From Bacteroidales bacterium (GTDB lineage Bacteria; Bacteroidota; Bacteroidia; Bacteroidales; Bacteroidaceae), in NCBI GenBank assembly GCA_012517855.1, contig JAAYUD010000114.1, positions 13,217 through 77,216 of the forward strand: a DNA stretch of 64,000 nt, in the 5' to 3' direction. This document shows positions 1 through 9,505 of this stretch, piece by piece. Numbering within the stretch: position 1 is the first letter of the stretch; the number at the start of each line of letters is the position of its first letter. The position numbers and the translations under genes are program-made. A model generated the notes under the pieces. It was not told where the DNA came from, did no database searches, and was given only the letters and a program-made list of their open reading frames with translations.

Positions 1-818
1 TTTATCTCGAACTGATTGGAACCGTTTTGTTTGGTAGCTTGAGGAGAAATGTATTCAAGCGAAGCATCAAAAGTCAGATTCTGAAGTGCGCCAATAGTCA
101 ATGTCAACGGCATACCTTCGTGCAACAGTCCTACTTCTGTTTCATCAATATTACCATCAAATATCAAATCATTCATATTGGCTACAGTAGCAATCGTCGT
201 ACCATCATTAAAAGTATTACTCATAATAACTGAATTACCTTTTTTGATAGGAATGTCAAGAATCAGTCCTTCAATTGTAGACCGAATTAATGTACTACTG
301 AAAGAAGCACTATTTTTAGTTATACCTTCACGAACAATCTGCAACGCATCTTTTGCTGTTTTGCTTTCTTCTTTAGCCGTATTTAGTGTTAGCTGGCTCT
401 TCTCGTAATCTTCACGGCTTATGAGTTTGTCGTCAAACAGTTTTTTCATACGAGCAAAATCTTTCTCATACTGCTTCTGGTTAATTTCAGCAATGCGCAC
501 CCTGTTTTCTGCGGAATTAAGCGAACCTAAATCGGGGATGACACGAACTTTAGCAATAACCTCACCCTTATGAATTGCTTGTCCCGCCTTTTTATAAACA
601 TCGCTAATAATACCCGATATTTGGGGTTTTATTAAAATTTGATCACGAGGTACAATCGTACCTGTTGCGACTGTTGATTTTTCCAAATCGGAGACAGTTG
701 CAGTATAAGTGTCATAAACGACCTCTTTGGGCTTAGACTTCGTATAGAGAAACATAAAGGTTCCTACGAAGATCAATGCTATTATAACAAACAGCAAGAT
801 TCTAAAAAACTTTTTCAT
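1..818 (-). CDS. Efflux-system periplasmic adaptor (HlyD/MacA family), C-terminal part cut by window edge
   Basis: Absent from the ORF track because it runs off the window. Reverse-strand translation from ATG at 816-818 gives MKKFFRILLFVIIALIFVGTF..., then LIKPQISGIISDVYKKAGQAIHKGEVIAKV (lipoyl-type hairpin typical of HlyD-family adaptors). Lies directly upstream of two FtsX permeases and an ABC ATPase. Confidence 0.7.
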   Translation of the reverse strand, partial: MKKFFRILLFVIIALIFVGTFMFLYTKSKPKEVVYDTYTATVSDLEKSTVATGTIVPRDQILIKPQISGIISDVYKKAGQAIHKGEVIAKVRVIPDLGSLNSAENRVRIAEINQKQYEKDFARMKKLFDDKLISREDYEKSQLTLNTAKEESKTAKDALQIVREGITKNSASFSSTLIRSTIEGLILDIPIKKGNSVIMSNTFNDGTTIATVANMNDLIFDGNIDETEVGLLHEGMPLTLTIGALQNLTFDASLEYISPQATKQNGSNQFEI

Positions 819-855
819 ATCTATTTTATTACTATTATATTACGCCTATATATCA

Positions 856-2103
856 TCATTCATCTCTTATTGCATCAATCGGCTTGATAGCCAATGCACG
901 AAATGCAGGTGCCAATCCGGCAACCATCCCCAAAGAGAGTAGCAGAAAAGCCACACCAAGAGCCATACCAAATGAAACTTGAAATTGAATACCACTAAAA
1001 GTATCACCCGAATTCACGCCGACTTCAAGAACTTGTAATACCAATACGGCAAAACATATTCCAGTCATACCGGCAATCAACGTAAGCACCATACTCTCTG
1101 ATAGAATCTGTTGCAGTATATCACGAGGTTGAGCACCTATGGCGCGTCTAATTCCTATTTCAGTTGTTCTTTCTCTAACGGTTACCATCATGATATTACT
1201 AACTCCGATAATTCCGGCCAATAAGGTGCCCAGTCCAACCAACCAAATCAAAATTCTAATACCGGTAAACAAGTTATCAATCATTGAGAACATTGCCTCA
1301 GCATTAAGAAGTTGCATAGATTCACCATCATTGGGAGCTATCAGATGCTTTTCTTTTAAGACTTTCTCTATTTGCGGTTGTACATCAGTAATCTTATAGC
1401 CCGGCTTGACCAATACACACATCAAGTCAACCTCATCCCCTTTATTATATATTTCTTGATAAGTAGTATATGGTATCACGATACTTTGCGAAGCACGTCC
1501 ACCAATATTCACATTACTCTCTGAGCCCGATACACCAATAACACAATAATATGTACTACCGACCTGAATATACTTACCACAGGGGTCTACCCCGTTTTCA
1601 AACAATTCCTGCTTCACACGCTTCCCTATAGTACACACTTTGCGATGCTGACTAATGTCAATATCGTTAATAAAACGTCCCGAAATCATTTTTTGTTCTT
1701 CAATTTTAGTATACTCGGGATAAAGTCCCTTTACCGTATAAGAGCCTTTTTTATCTTTATATACCGCAACCATTCCCCACGAAGCGTTATGTGGTGTAAC
1801 AAGTTCTAAGCCCTTCACTTTACTTTGAACCAACGCTATATCGCCCATTACCATATTCCAACGGCGTCCTTTACGAAATCCCTTATATGCTTTTGAAGTA
1901 GGTTGAGCCCACATAAAACCGGAATTCGTTGCAAAACCTTCAAAATTCTGCGACATCATCTGTTGCAAACCCTTACCACCTCCGATGAGGGCAATCAACA
2001 TAAAAATGCCCCAAAAAACGCCAAAGGCAGTAAGTAAGCTGCGAGTTTTATTTCGAGTTATAGTGAGGAGTATTTCACCCCATGTATCCACATCCATTTT
2101 CAT
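856..2103 (-). CDS. ABC transporter permease, FtsX/MacB type
   Basis: 415 aa. N-terminal TM helix, large extracytoplasmic domain, C-terminal FtsX-like TM block with RERTTEIGIRRAIGA motif. Confidence 0.85.
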   Translation of the reverse strand: MKMDVDTWGEILLTITRNKTRSLLTAFGVFWGIFMLIALIGGGKGLQQMMSQNFEGFATNSGFMWAQPTSKAYKGFRKGRRWNMVMGDIALVQSKVKGLELVTPHNASWGMVAVYKDKKGSYTVKGLYPEYTKIEEQKMISGRFINDIDISQHRKVCTIGKRVKQELFENGVDPCGKYIQVGSTYYCVIGVSGSESNVNIGGRASQSIVIPYTTYQEIYNKGDEVDLMCVLVKPGYKITDVQPQIEKVLKEKHLIAPNDGESMQLLNAEAMFSMIDNLFTGIRILIWLVGLGTLLAGIIGVSNIMMVTVRERTTEIGIRRAIGAQPRDILQQILSESMVLTLIAGMTGICFAVLVLQVLEVGVNSGDTFSGIQFQVSFGMALGVAFLLLSLGMVAGLAPAFRALAIKPIDAIRDE

Positions 2104-2105
2104 AA

Positions 2106-3359
2106 TTATTCTGCTCTTAATGCCTCAATCGGTCTAATTTTCGTCGCCTTGCGAGCGGGAAAAAATCCGGCCAATGTTCCGGCTATGATTAAAGTAATCG
2201 TAGCTTGTATAGCTACACTGATATCTACCGTAGGATTGGAGAAAACAGTTGTCGAGAAGACTCCCGCATTCATTGTTTGATTGCCGAACAAAGCATTCAT
2301 ATATTCGGTAGCTGCTACTCCGGCAAACATTCCGATATATCCAAAAAGAGCTGTAATTGCAATACTTTCAGCAATAATAAGTTTCAAAATAGAGGCGGGT
2401 TTGGCACCCAGTGCTTTGCGAATACCAAATTCGCGAGTTCTCTCCCTGACAGTAATCAGCATTATATTGCTCACTCCTACTATTCCACTCAGCAACGTAA
2501 AAATTCCAATGACCCAAATGGCCACTTTCAAGATATGATTGCCCTGCTGTTGATCCAAATATTGTTCCAAGCGGTTCCATATCCAGATAGCCGACTTGTC
2601 AAGCGGATCAAAATTGTGACTTTTGCCCATTGCGACACGATAATTATCCTCGAAATCAGAATTTGCAGGCCTAGTATCCAGACCTTTCGTCGTAAAAATA
2701 ATATCATCTATCGAATCACCTTTACAATAAATCAGCTGAGAAGTAGTAAAGGGCACATAAGCATCATTAGACTGATTTTCGCTATCAACAGTATAAACAC
2801 CAATAACCTGATACATTAAACCATTCACATTGACTAAAAAGCCGATAGGATTTATCTGATGGAGAAATAGCGTTTTCACCGTTTTCTCACACAACACAAC
2901 GACCTTGCGCTTTTCATTAATATCCTGTTCGTTTATGAAACGCCCCATTTTCATTTTACACGATTCAATGTTCACATAATCGGGATTAACTCCGACTATT
3001 GAAAGAGATGTACCTTCCGTGCCATAACTTACTGTATCAGAATGCGAAATTGTAGCCCCGGCAGTCATCACATTCTTCTCAAAATGCCTCTTTAAGAGCT
3101 CAACATCCTTATTTTTAAATAATATTCTACGACCAATAGCTAGACCATTGAATGCCTTGGAAGTCTGTCCGGCAAATATACGAACAGAGTTCAATGCGCG
3201 AGATTGGGAATTTTTCTCAAAAGCATGAATCAACCCATTACCAGCTCCAAGAAGTACAATAAGAATAAAAATACCCCATGCCACAGAGAAACCGGTAAGG
3301 AAAGTACGCAGTTTATTGCGCTTGATAGTGCCATATATTTCTTGCCAAAAATCTATCAT
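2106..3359 (-). CDS. ABC transporter permease, FtsX/MacB type (paralog)
   Basis: 417 aa. Same architecture as the neighbour, with RERTREFGIRKALGA motif. 2-nt gap to the downstream permease. Confidence 0.85.
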   Translation of the reverse strand: MIDFWQEIYGTIKRNKLRTFLTGFSVAWGIFILIVLLGAGNGLIHAFEKNSQSRALNSVRIFAGQTSKAFNGLAIGRRILFKNKDVELLKRHFEKNVMTAGATISHSDTVSYGTEGTSLSIVGVNPDYVNIESCKMKMGRFINEQDINEKRKVVVLCEKTVKTLFLHQINPIGFLVNVNGLMYQVIGVYTVDSENQSNDAYVPFTTSQLIYCKGDSIDDIIFTTKGLDTRPANSDFEDNYRVAMGKSHNFDPLDKSAIWIWNRLEQYLDQQQGNHILKVAIWVIGIFTLLSGIVGVSNIMLITVRERTREFGIRKALGAKPASILKLIIAESIAITALFGYIGMFAGVAATEYMNALFGNQTMNAGVFSTTVFSNPTVDISVAIQATITLIIAGTLAGFFPARKATKIRPIEALRAE

Positions 3360-3381
3360 CCGAAACTAGTTGTTAAAAGAA

Positions 3382-4101
3382 TTATTTCATAATACCGTTC
3401 ACTCCAAAAGGAGAAGCGTTGTGATCCACATTCTCTTCGATTTTACCGATAATACCATCTTTAATATGTATGATCTTATCGGTTTGATTGGCGACGCCAC
3501 TTTCATGAGTCACAACAACGATGGTCTGCCCTTGGGCATGCAATTCTTTCAAAATGTCCATCACTTCTACCGAAGTCTTACTATCCAAAGCACCGGTAGG
3601 TTCATCGGCGAGAATAATCTGAGGATGTGTTATCAATGCCCTAGCAATGGCTACTCGCTGTTTTTGCCCACCACTCATTTCATTAGGCATGTGCATCGCC
3701 CAGTCTTTCAAACCAAGCCGATCCAAATATTCCATAGCCAACTGATTACGTTTTTTGCGCCGTATACCTTGATAAAAGAGTGGCAACGATACATTCTCCA
3801 TAGCATTTTTAAACGAGATCAAATTGAACGACTGAAAAATAAAACCAATCATTCTATTCCGATACTCGGCAGCTTTCCGCTCGCTTATACCTTTTATTAA
3901 TATATCGTTAAGATAATATTCTCCCGAATCATAGTTGTCGAGAATACCTAATATATTAAGTAAGGTAGATTTTCCTGAACCTGAAGATCCCATTATCGAA
4001 ACGAACTCTCCCTTTTCAATATTCAAATCAATTCCTTTCAGCACATGGAGCGGTGCACCATTGTTATACGTTTTATTGATTTCTTTCAGCTGTATCATCA
4101 T
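3382..4101 (-). CDS. ABC transporter ATP-binding protein (MacB/LolD-like)
   Basis: Walker A GSSGSGKST, signature MSGGQKQR, Walker B IILADEPTGALD. Confidence 0.9.
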   Translation of the reverse strand: MMIQLKEINKTYNNGAPLHVLKGIDLNIEKGEFVSIMGSSGSGKSTLLNILGILDNYDSGEYYLNDILIKGISERKAAEYRNRMIGFIFQSFNLISFKNAMENVSLPLFYQGIRRKKRNQLAMEYLDRLGLKDWAMHMPNEMSGGQKQRVAIARALITHPQIILADEPTGALDSKTSVEVMDILKELHAQGQTIVVVTHESGVANQTDKIIHIKDGIIGKIEENVDHNASPFGVNGIMK

Positions 4102-4313
4102 AACATAAGGAAATAATTAATCTATGTTTTATAGTAAGACGAGTCAAAGATACAAAAAGTTGCAAGTTTGCAGGAAAATAGTAGAATAATTTTCAATCAA
4201 CCTACAAAAGTTGTAAAATAGTAACGATTTCTTGGAAAAACATTTTGTAAATTGAAACATCTTTGCGTAATTTGTAGACAAATAAAACAAATTTATTATC
4301 CAACACAAGTATC

Positions 4314-5294
4314 ATGAATACAACAATAGAAAAGCCCTACGTAGTAGGTATTGACATAGGCGGCACCAATACCGTCTTTGGTATAGTAGACGCCCGCGGC
4401 ACCATCATTGCCTGCGACGCAGTAAAAACAGCAGCATATCCCACTGTTGATGAATATGCGGATGCTGTCTGCGCCGGTCTGAGCAAATTGTTTGAAGCTA
4501 ATGGCGGAGCAAACAAAATCAAAGGCATCGGTATCGGCGCTCCAAATGGAAATTATTATAGCGGTACGATAGAATTTGCTCCAAACCTTCCGTGGAAAGG
4601 AGTCATTACATTGGCAACCATGTTTGAGAAACGTCTCGGCATACCCACAGCTTTGACAAACGATGCAAATGCTGCCGGTATTGGTGAGATGACTTACGGT
4701 GCAGCCCGTGGTATGAAAGATTTTATTATGATTACCCTGGGAACAGGCGTAGGTAGCGGTGTCGTTGTCAACGGTCAAATGGTTTACGGTCACGACGGAT
4801 TTGCCGGAGAATTAGGGCACACCATCATTCGCCGTGGCGGACGTGTATGCGGCTGTGGCCGCAAAGGTTGTTTGGAAACATATTGTTCGGCAACGGGTGT
4901 AGCCCGTACAGCCCGCGAAATGTTGACAGCAAGTACAGAAAGTAGCCTGTTGCGGAATATACCGGCTGAGAGCATCACATCAAAAGATGTATACGATGCT
5001 GCTGTAAAAGGGGATAAAATAGCTATTGAGATCTTCAATTTCACTGGAGAGATTCTTGGCGAAGCCATAGCAGATTTCATCGCATTCTCCAGTCCCGAAG
5101 CCATTATCCTTTTTGGAGGTTTGGCTCACTCCGGTGATTTCATTCTCAAACCGGTTCAGAAAGCTATTGATGAAAACATCCTTCCGATATACAAAGGAAA
5201 GACTAAATTATTGTTCTCAGAAATGAAAGATTCTGATGCCGCCGTACTAGGTGCCAGCGCATTAGCATGGGAGCTAAAAGATCTCAAAGCATAA
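4314..5294 (+). CDS. ROK family sugar kinase (glucokinase-like)
   Basis: N-terminal DIGGTN ATP-binding motif and ROK zinc motif CGCGRKGCLE. Confidence 0.85.
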   Translation: MNTTIEKPYVVGIDIGGTNTVFGIVDARGTIIACDAVKTAAYPTVDEYADAVCAGLSKLFEANGGANKIKGIGIGAPNGNYYSGTIEFAPNLPWKGVITLATMFEKRLGIPTALTNDANAAGIGEMTYGAARGMKDFIMITLGTGVGSGVVVNGQMVYGHDGFAGELGHTIIRRGGRVCGCGRKGCLETYCSATGVARTAREMLTASTESSLLRNIPAESITSKDVYDAAVKGDKIAIEIFNFTGEILGEAIADFIAFSSPEAIILFGGLAHSGDFILKPVQKAIDENILPIYKGKTKLLFSEMKDSDAAVLGASALAWELKDLKA

Positions 5295-5331
5295 TCTAAC
5301 ACTATTTATTGCTAAAAGCAATGACATAAAG

Positions 5332-5370
5332 GTCCGGTTCTACTAAACATGTTGAACCGGATCTTTTTTT
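5332..5370 (+). terminator. Rho-independent terminator after the ROK kinase gene
   Basis: Stem TCCGGTTC / GAACCGGA (5333-5340 / 5354-5361) followed by a T7 run. Confidence 0.7.
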
Positions 5371-5655
5371 ATGAATAGTCTAAGGCAACGCCCTACCGAA
5401 AAAGATTCAAGATTGCGATCGACAACTATCAAAATCTACAAAAGAGTAAGATTTCTTATATCACGCGTTATCCCTGTTATACAGCCATTTACATAGTGAA
5501 TATTAACAAAGATACTGATACTTTCTTATCCAAACATCAGCGGCAGGACCTTGTAGGGCACTATTTTCGCTATTGTTTCAGCGCTCGAATGTAAATCGAA
5601 TCAGAGCGAGGCATCAATGTTTTTGATGTAAATAATTGATATACAGCAAGAAAAT

Positions 5656-5744
5656 CATAAGGACGAAAATAAATGTTTGTATGTATAAACTTTTATTTTC
5701 GTCCTTATGAATTTTTATGTTCGTCCTTATTATTTTTCGAGGAC
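5656..5744. repeat. Composite palindrome C (inverted unit + direct units at 22-nt spacing)
   Basis: CATAAGGACGAAAATAAA (5656-5673) is the perfect reverse complement of 5692-5709. Core TTCGTCCTTAT recurs at 5698 and 5720, with a degenerate third copy after it. Confidence 0.85.
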
Positions 5745-5948
5745 ACAAGGTCGATTAAGTAAGTGAATAGGCACCACTTCCGGATGGTTAAAATAGTATC
5801 AGTATCATCCCCAATATTCACCTCCCAAAACCTTCAGAAAAGCAGCATCAATATCACGACTTTAGACCAACGCAATCTTGCGTCAATGAAAATGCGTGTC
5901 TCAGGCTCATCAGTAAAAATGAGGAGACTAAGTGACATGAAGGACTAA

Positions 5949-6162
5949 ATGAATGGGGCACACTCGTATATACACAAACGGCCCCTCAGCCACCTGTAGG
6001 CTATCGTTTAGAATCGTTCTAAGCAGAGGTTCGCTGAAAATAAGGACTCTACAGTATACTCCAGAGCCGATTTTCGGGCCTTTTTTCGCTGGCGTTGTAT
6101 ACGGTGTGTCGTTAACATACTGTGTGGCAGTTCCGTATGGTGTCATACGGAGGTGGCAAAGG
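5949..6162 (+). repeat. Conserved ~214-nt element, copy 1 (candidate sRNA or small-ORF locus)
   Basis: Aligns end to end with the reverse complement of 38657-38870; flanks are unrelated. Confidence 0.8.
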
Positions 6163-6391
6163 TTGAAATGCAGATGATTTCACGGTCTTGAAATGCAGCA
6201 ATGAACCCTTCCACCCAAAACCACATAAGGACTTAAATTCGGTGAGGTCCATATGTTTTCAAAAAAACGTATTGACCTCACCGAAAAAAGGAACATACGA
6301 CGATTTCCCCTCATCCTTATTAGATAAGACCTTGTGGTGTACTGAATTTGGTTGACAGTTAAAGTCCTATCGTTTTAAGATATGGCGTTTT

Positions 6392-6434
6392 ATAAAAAAA
6401 GCCCCAAAGAGCTAAGATAAAAGCTCCTTAGGGC
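6392..6434 (-). terminator. Rho-independent terminator after the DUF349 gene
   Basis: On the minus strand, a 13-bp stem GCCCUAAGGAGCU / AGCUCUUUGGGGC. Both mismatches become G-U pairs only on this strand. A U7 run follows. Confidence 0.7.
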
Positions 6435-6465
6435 AAATAAGTTTCAACCTTATTAAGGTAAAAGT

Positions 6466-8568
6466 TTATTCTGTCTTTCCAGATTCTTGTTTAAGTTGGT
6501 CGTCTACCGCCTTTATCTTTTCTTGGGCAAGCTCAAGATCGGCCTTTAGGTTCTCTACCTTACGGTTCAATTCATCAAGCAATGAACTTCCACTTTTTGA
6601 AGATGAAGACAAGAATCCTAAATTATTTTCATAAGTTTGCAATTCACTCTTCATGTTCTCATAAGCCCTAACAAGCTTTTCACGCTCACGATAAAGATTG
6701 GAAGAGGCATTGCCCGACATCGAAATCGAAGACCTAAAATTGCTAAGATTTCTATTAGAAGCCGAAATATGAAAACGTTTAAACAGTTCGTCTACTTGAG
6801 AGTGGAATTGCTCATAAATTTTGTCCTTTTCTTTAAAAGGCACATGTCCTACTTCATTCCATTCTTTTATAAGGGCACGAACTTTATCGTTTGCTTCATT
6901 ATCATCAACATCTTCACCTATTTCATTAAGTTGTTTGATAATCTCTTTTTTCTTCTCTAGATTTTCTACTTCGGCAGAATGTTGCGAGTTGTTCACTTTA
7001 TTCTTTTGTTCAAAGAAATAGTCACAAGCCGTAATAAACTGCTTCCAGACAGCATCCGAATATTTTTTAGCAACGGGTCCTACTGTTTTCCATTCTTTTT
7101 GGAGTTTGCTTAGGGCATCTGCTGTAGCTTTCCAATCCGTACTATCTTTCAACGCTTCAGCCATCTTAACCAATTCACGTTTCTTGGCTAGATTGGCATT
7201 CATACCCTCTTTCAGTGACTTAAAGAACTCGCCTTTACGTTTGAAAAAGTCGTCACAATCTTTACGAAAACGTTCAAAAATTTTAGAATTCATCTTTTTA
7301 GGGACGAAACCGATGGTCTTCCATTTATTCTGTAGTGCAATAACTTCTTGCGTTTTATCTTCCCACCCCGAAAAAGATTTCAAGGTATCCCACTCAATAG
7401 ATTCGATTATTTCACAGATTACGGTTTTCTGATCAAGATTATGCTGTTCTTCATCTTTGAGCTCTTCAAAATGCTGCTGATGGCGACGGTTAACAGCCGA
7501 CGATGCATTTTTAAAACGCAACCAAATATCTTCTCTTAAATCTTTGGCGACAGGACCGGTATCACGAAATTCTTGATGAAGTTTCTGCAATTGATGAAAG
7601 GCAGAAACCACGTCAGGTTCATCATTCAGTTTCTCGGCTATCTCACAAAGACGATTTTTTATTTCAAGATTCTTTTTAAAATCATATTCTCTGAATTCAT
7701 TATTCAACTTCAGTATATCATAGAATTTTTCTACATAAAGCTGATAATTCTTCCACAGTTCATTGGCACGCTCCTGCGGAATAGGTTTGGTTGCATTCCA
7801 CTGTTGCTGAATTTTTTTAAATTCACCGTAACTGGCTTCTTCAGGAGATTCAACCATATCTTTCAATTCATTTATAATGGTCAATTTGACTTGCAAATTT
7901 TGCTCCTTTATTTTTTCTAATTCTTCAGCATTCTTATTCCTCTTCTCCTTAATAACATTCATGATCTCTTTGAACTCCTCTTCGCGACTATCCGAGATAG
8001 GAGCAAAATCACTGTCCGTTCCTCCGTTTTCAACAAATTTCTTTTTCGCCTCTTCAACCTCTGCTGCATGAATTTTATAGAAAGTTTGTTTCAATGCATC
8101 AATTTCTTGCTTACCGACAGAACAATTACTTTCTGAAATTTCTTTCAAACGAGCAATGACTTCATCATTATTATTAAAATGCTGATATTTTTTCACAACT
8201 GTTAACCCTGCATCCTCTTCTACCGAGACAGCACCTTTTTCACTATCATCCTTTCCCTCTTTTTCTCCTTCAACAAGCGAAATATTTGATGCCGATTCTT
8301 CCACACCTTCTGCCGGTTGGGCAACTTCTACGGTCGTTTCTTCTTTGTTTACCGGTGCCGTTTGTTCTATTTCGGCAGTTACACTTTCTACTTCTTCCTG
8401 CGGTTTTTCAACTACGATTGTCGATACATCCCCAGCAGAAGTCGCCGTTTCATCAGTGACCTCGGCTGCTTTTTTTTCTTCTTCTAATTTGCCTTCATCT
8501 AAAGGCTGATTAGTGTCTTGAGTGTCCATCATCATAAATTCATTTTTAAAGATTGGAAAATTTACCAA
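6466..8568 (-). CDS. DUF349 domain-containing protein with acidic N-terminal region
   Basis: Repeated helical units with motifs such as QKEWKTVGPVAKK, QNKWKTIGFVPKK, IKEWNEVGHVPFK. The true start may be the MMM cluster near 8535. Confidence 0.75.
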   Translation of the reverse strand: MVNFPIFKNEFMMMDTQDTNQPLDEGKLEEEKKAAEVTDETATSAGDVSTIVVEKPQEEVESVTAEIEQTAPVNKEETTVEVAQPAEGVEESASNISLVEGEKEGKDDSEKGAVSVEEDAGLTVVKKYQHFNNNDEVIARLKEISESNCSVGKQEIDALKQTFYKIHAAEVEEAKKKFVENGGTDSDFAPISDSREEEFKEIMNVIKEKRNKNAEELEKIKEQNLQVKLTIINELKDMVESPEEASYGEFKKIQQQWNATKPIPQERANELWKNYQLYVEKFYDILKLNNEFREYDFKKNLEIKNRLCEIAEKLNDEPDVVSAFHQLQKLHQEFRDTGPVAKDLREDIWLRFKNASSAVNRRHQQHFEELKDEEQHNLDQKTVICEIIESIEWDTLKSFSGWEDKTQEVIALQNKWKTIGFVPKKMNSKIFERFRKDCDDFFKRKGEFFKSLKEGMNANLAKKRELVKMAEALKDSTDWKATADALSKLQKEWKTVGPVAKKYSDAVWKQFITACDYFFEQKNKVNNSQHSAEVENLEKKKEIIKQLNEIGEDVDDNEANDKVRALIKEWNEVGHVPFKEKDKIYEQFHSQVDELFKRFHISASNRNLSNFRSSISMSGNASSNLYREREKLVRAYENMKSELQTYENNLGFLSSSSKSGSSLLDELNRKVENLKADLELAQEKIKAVDDQLKQESGKTE

Positions 8569-8649
8569 TCGTCGATTAAGTTACAAATTAAGGAAATAAA
8601 ATAATTACTTCAATACATTTTCATGGTTTTTTTTCAATAATCTTAAAAA

Positions 8650-9456
8650 TTACTGAAAAAAACTATTTTTTTCACTAGAGCAAACGGAACTTACCAAATT
8701 TGTTAAATCAACAAATTCTTGTACAGATAACTGTTCAGGACGACGATTAAACAAAGCATCATCAGTGACCGGACATCGTTCTCCCAATATCGGCTTTATA
8801 GAATTGCGTAATGTCTTACGCCTCTGATTAAAAGTTGTTTTAATGACTTGTTTAAAAAGTTTCTCGTCACACCCAAGCGACAGCGTATCGTTTCGAGTCA
8901 TACGAATGACTGCACTTTTCACTTTGGGAGGCGGATTGAAAACAGACGGTTCTACCGTAAAAAGATATTCTACTTTGTACCATGCCTGAATAAGTACGCT
9001 AAGTATGCCATAAGCCTTATGCCCGGGTTCAGAAGCAATACGTTCGGCAACCTCTTTCTGTATCATCCCCGTACAGCACGGGACAAGGTTCTTATATTCA
9101 AGCATTTTAAAAAAAATTTGACTCGAAATATTATAAGGATAATTGCCAGTAAGTACAAACGGAGCTCCGTCGAATAATTTATTCAGATCCATTCGCAGAA
9201 AATCCTCTTCAATAATATTGTCTTGTAACGACGGGAAGGCCCTACACAGATAGCTCACTGACTCATAATCTATTTCAACGACCTTTACAGGACGCTGTTT
9301 GGAAACCAAATACTGAGTGAGTACTCCCATACCGGGTCCCACTTCCAAAATAGGGATATCAGGTTCAACATCTACCGTATCAGCAATACGTTGAGCAATA
9401 GATTGATCTTTTAAAAAATGCTGACCAAGAAACTTTTTAGGTCTTACTGTCTTCAT
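8650..9456 (-). CDS. rsmA: 16S rRNA (adenine1518/1519-N6)-dimethyltransferase
   Basis: KKFLGQHFL N-terminal motif and SAM-binding ILEVGPGMGVLT. Start moved to MKTVRPKK (ATG at 9454-9456). Confidence 0.9.
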   Translation of the reverse strand: MKTVRPKKFLGQHFLKDQSIAQRIADTVDVEPDIPILEVGPGMGVLTQYLVSKQRPVKVVEIDYESVSYLCRAFPSLQDNIIEEDFLRMDLNKLFDGAPFVLTGNYPYNISSQIFFKMLEYKNLVPCCTGMIQKEVAERIASEPGHKAYGILSVLIQAWYKVEYLFTVEPSVFNPPPKVKSAVIRMTRNDTLSLGCDEKLFKQVIKTTFNQRRKTLRNSIKPILGERCPVTDDALFNRRPEQLSVQEFVDLTNLVSSVCSSEKNSFFQ

Positions 9457-9473
9457 AATCACAAACAAATAAC

Positions 9474-9481
9474 TACTTTTG
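9474..9481 (+). promoter_or_regulatory. Candidate -7 promoter box
   Basis: TACTTTTG matches the Bacteroides primary-sigma consensus TAnnTTTG, 24 nt upstream of ATG 9506. Confidence 0.45.
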
Positions 9482-9505
9482 CACCCGACAAAGGTAATTG
9501 TTTTA

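Noticed and set aside
2205-2819. Long antisense ORFs inside well-supported genes. Examples are 2205-2819, 4296-4793, 20184-20609, 36024-36401, 57810-58448 and 62698-63156.
   Set aside because: Each lies fully within, and opposite to, a gene with clear family motifs. Their translations are low-complexity or lack motifs. They are typical shadow ORFs.
5656-5744. Whether the four periodic arrays (5656, 22078, 39139, 51876) are mini CRISPR arrays.
   Set aside because: Units are about 19-20 nt at a ~22-nt period with only 1-3 nt between them. There are no unique spacers, inverted copies are included, and there are no cas genes.
5763-5948. ORFs inside the long gene-free regions (5763-5948 on +, 38819-39148 on -, 38874-39089 on +).
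   Set aside because: They have no recognisable motifs and are not conserved between the two loci outside the shared nucleotide block. In the 38819-39148 frame the inter-copy changes are non-synonymous.
6131-6150. Hairpin CCGTATGGTGTCATACGG in the conserved element as a group II intron domain V.
   Set aside because: The stem is only 7 bp with a tetraloop. It lacks the AGC triad and the bulge, and no intron-encoded reverse transcriptase or other intron domains are present.
6374-6387. Exact 14-mer TTTAAGATATGGCG shared with 32684-32697.
   Set aside because: By an order-of-magnitude estimate, several exact 14-mers are expected by chance in a 64-kb AT-rich window when both strands are counted. 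The flanks do not align.
9479-9505. TTG start codons used by the ORF track at 9479 and 61390.
   Set aside because: In both cases the TTG overlaps a TAnnTTTG -7 box, so it would lie upstream of the transcript start. The next in-frame ATG (9506, 61420) was used instead.
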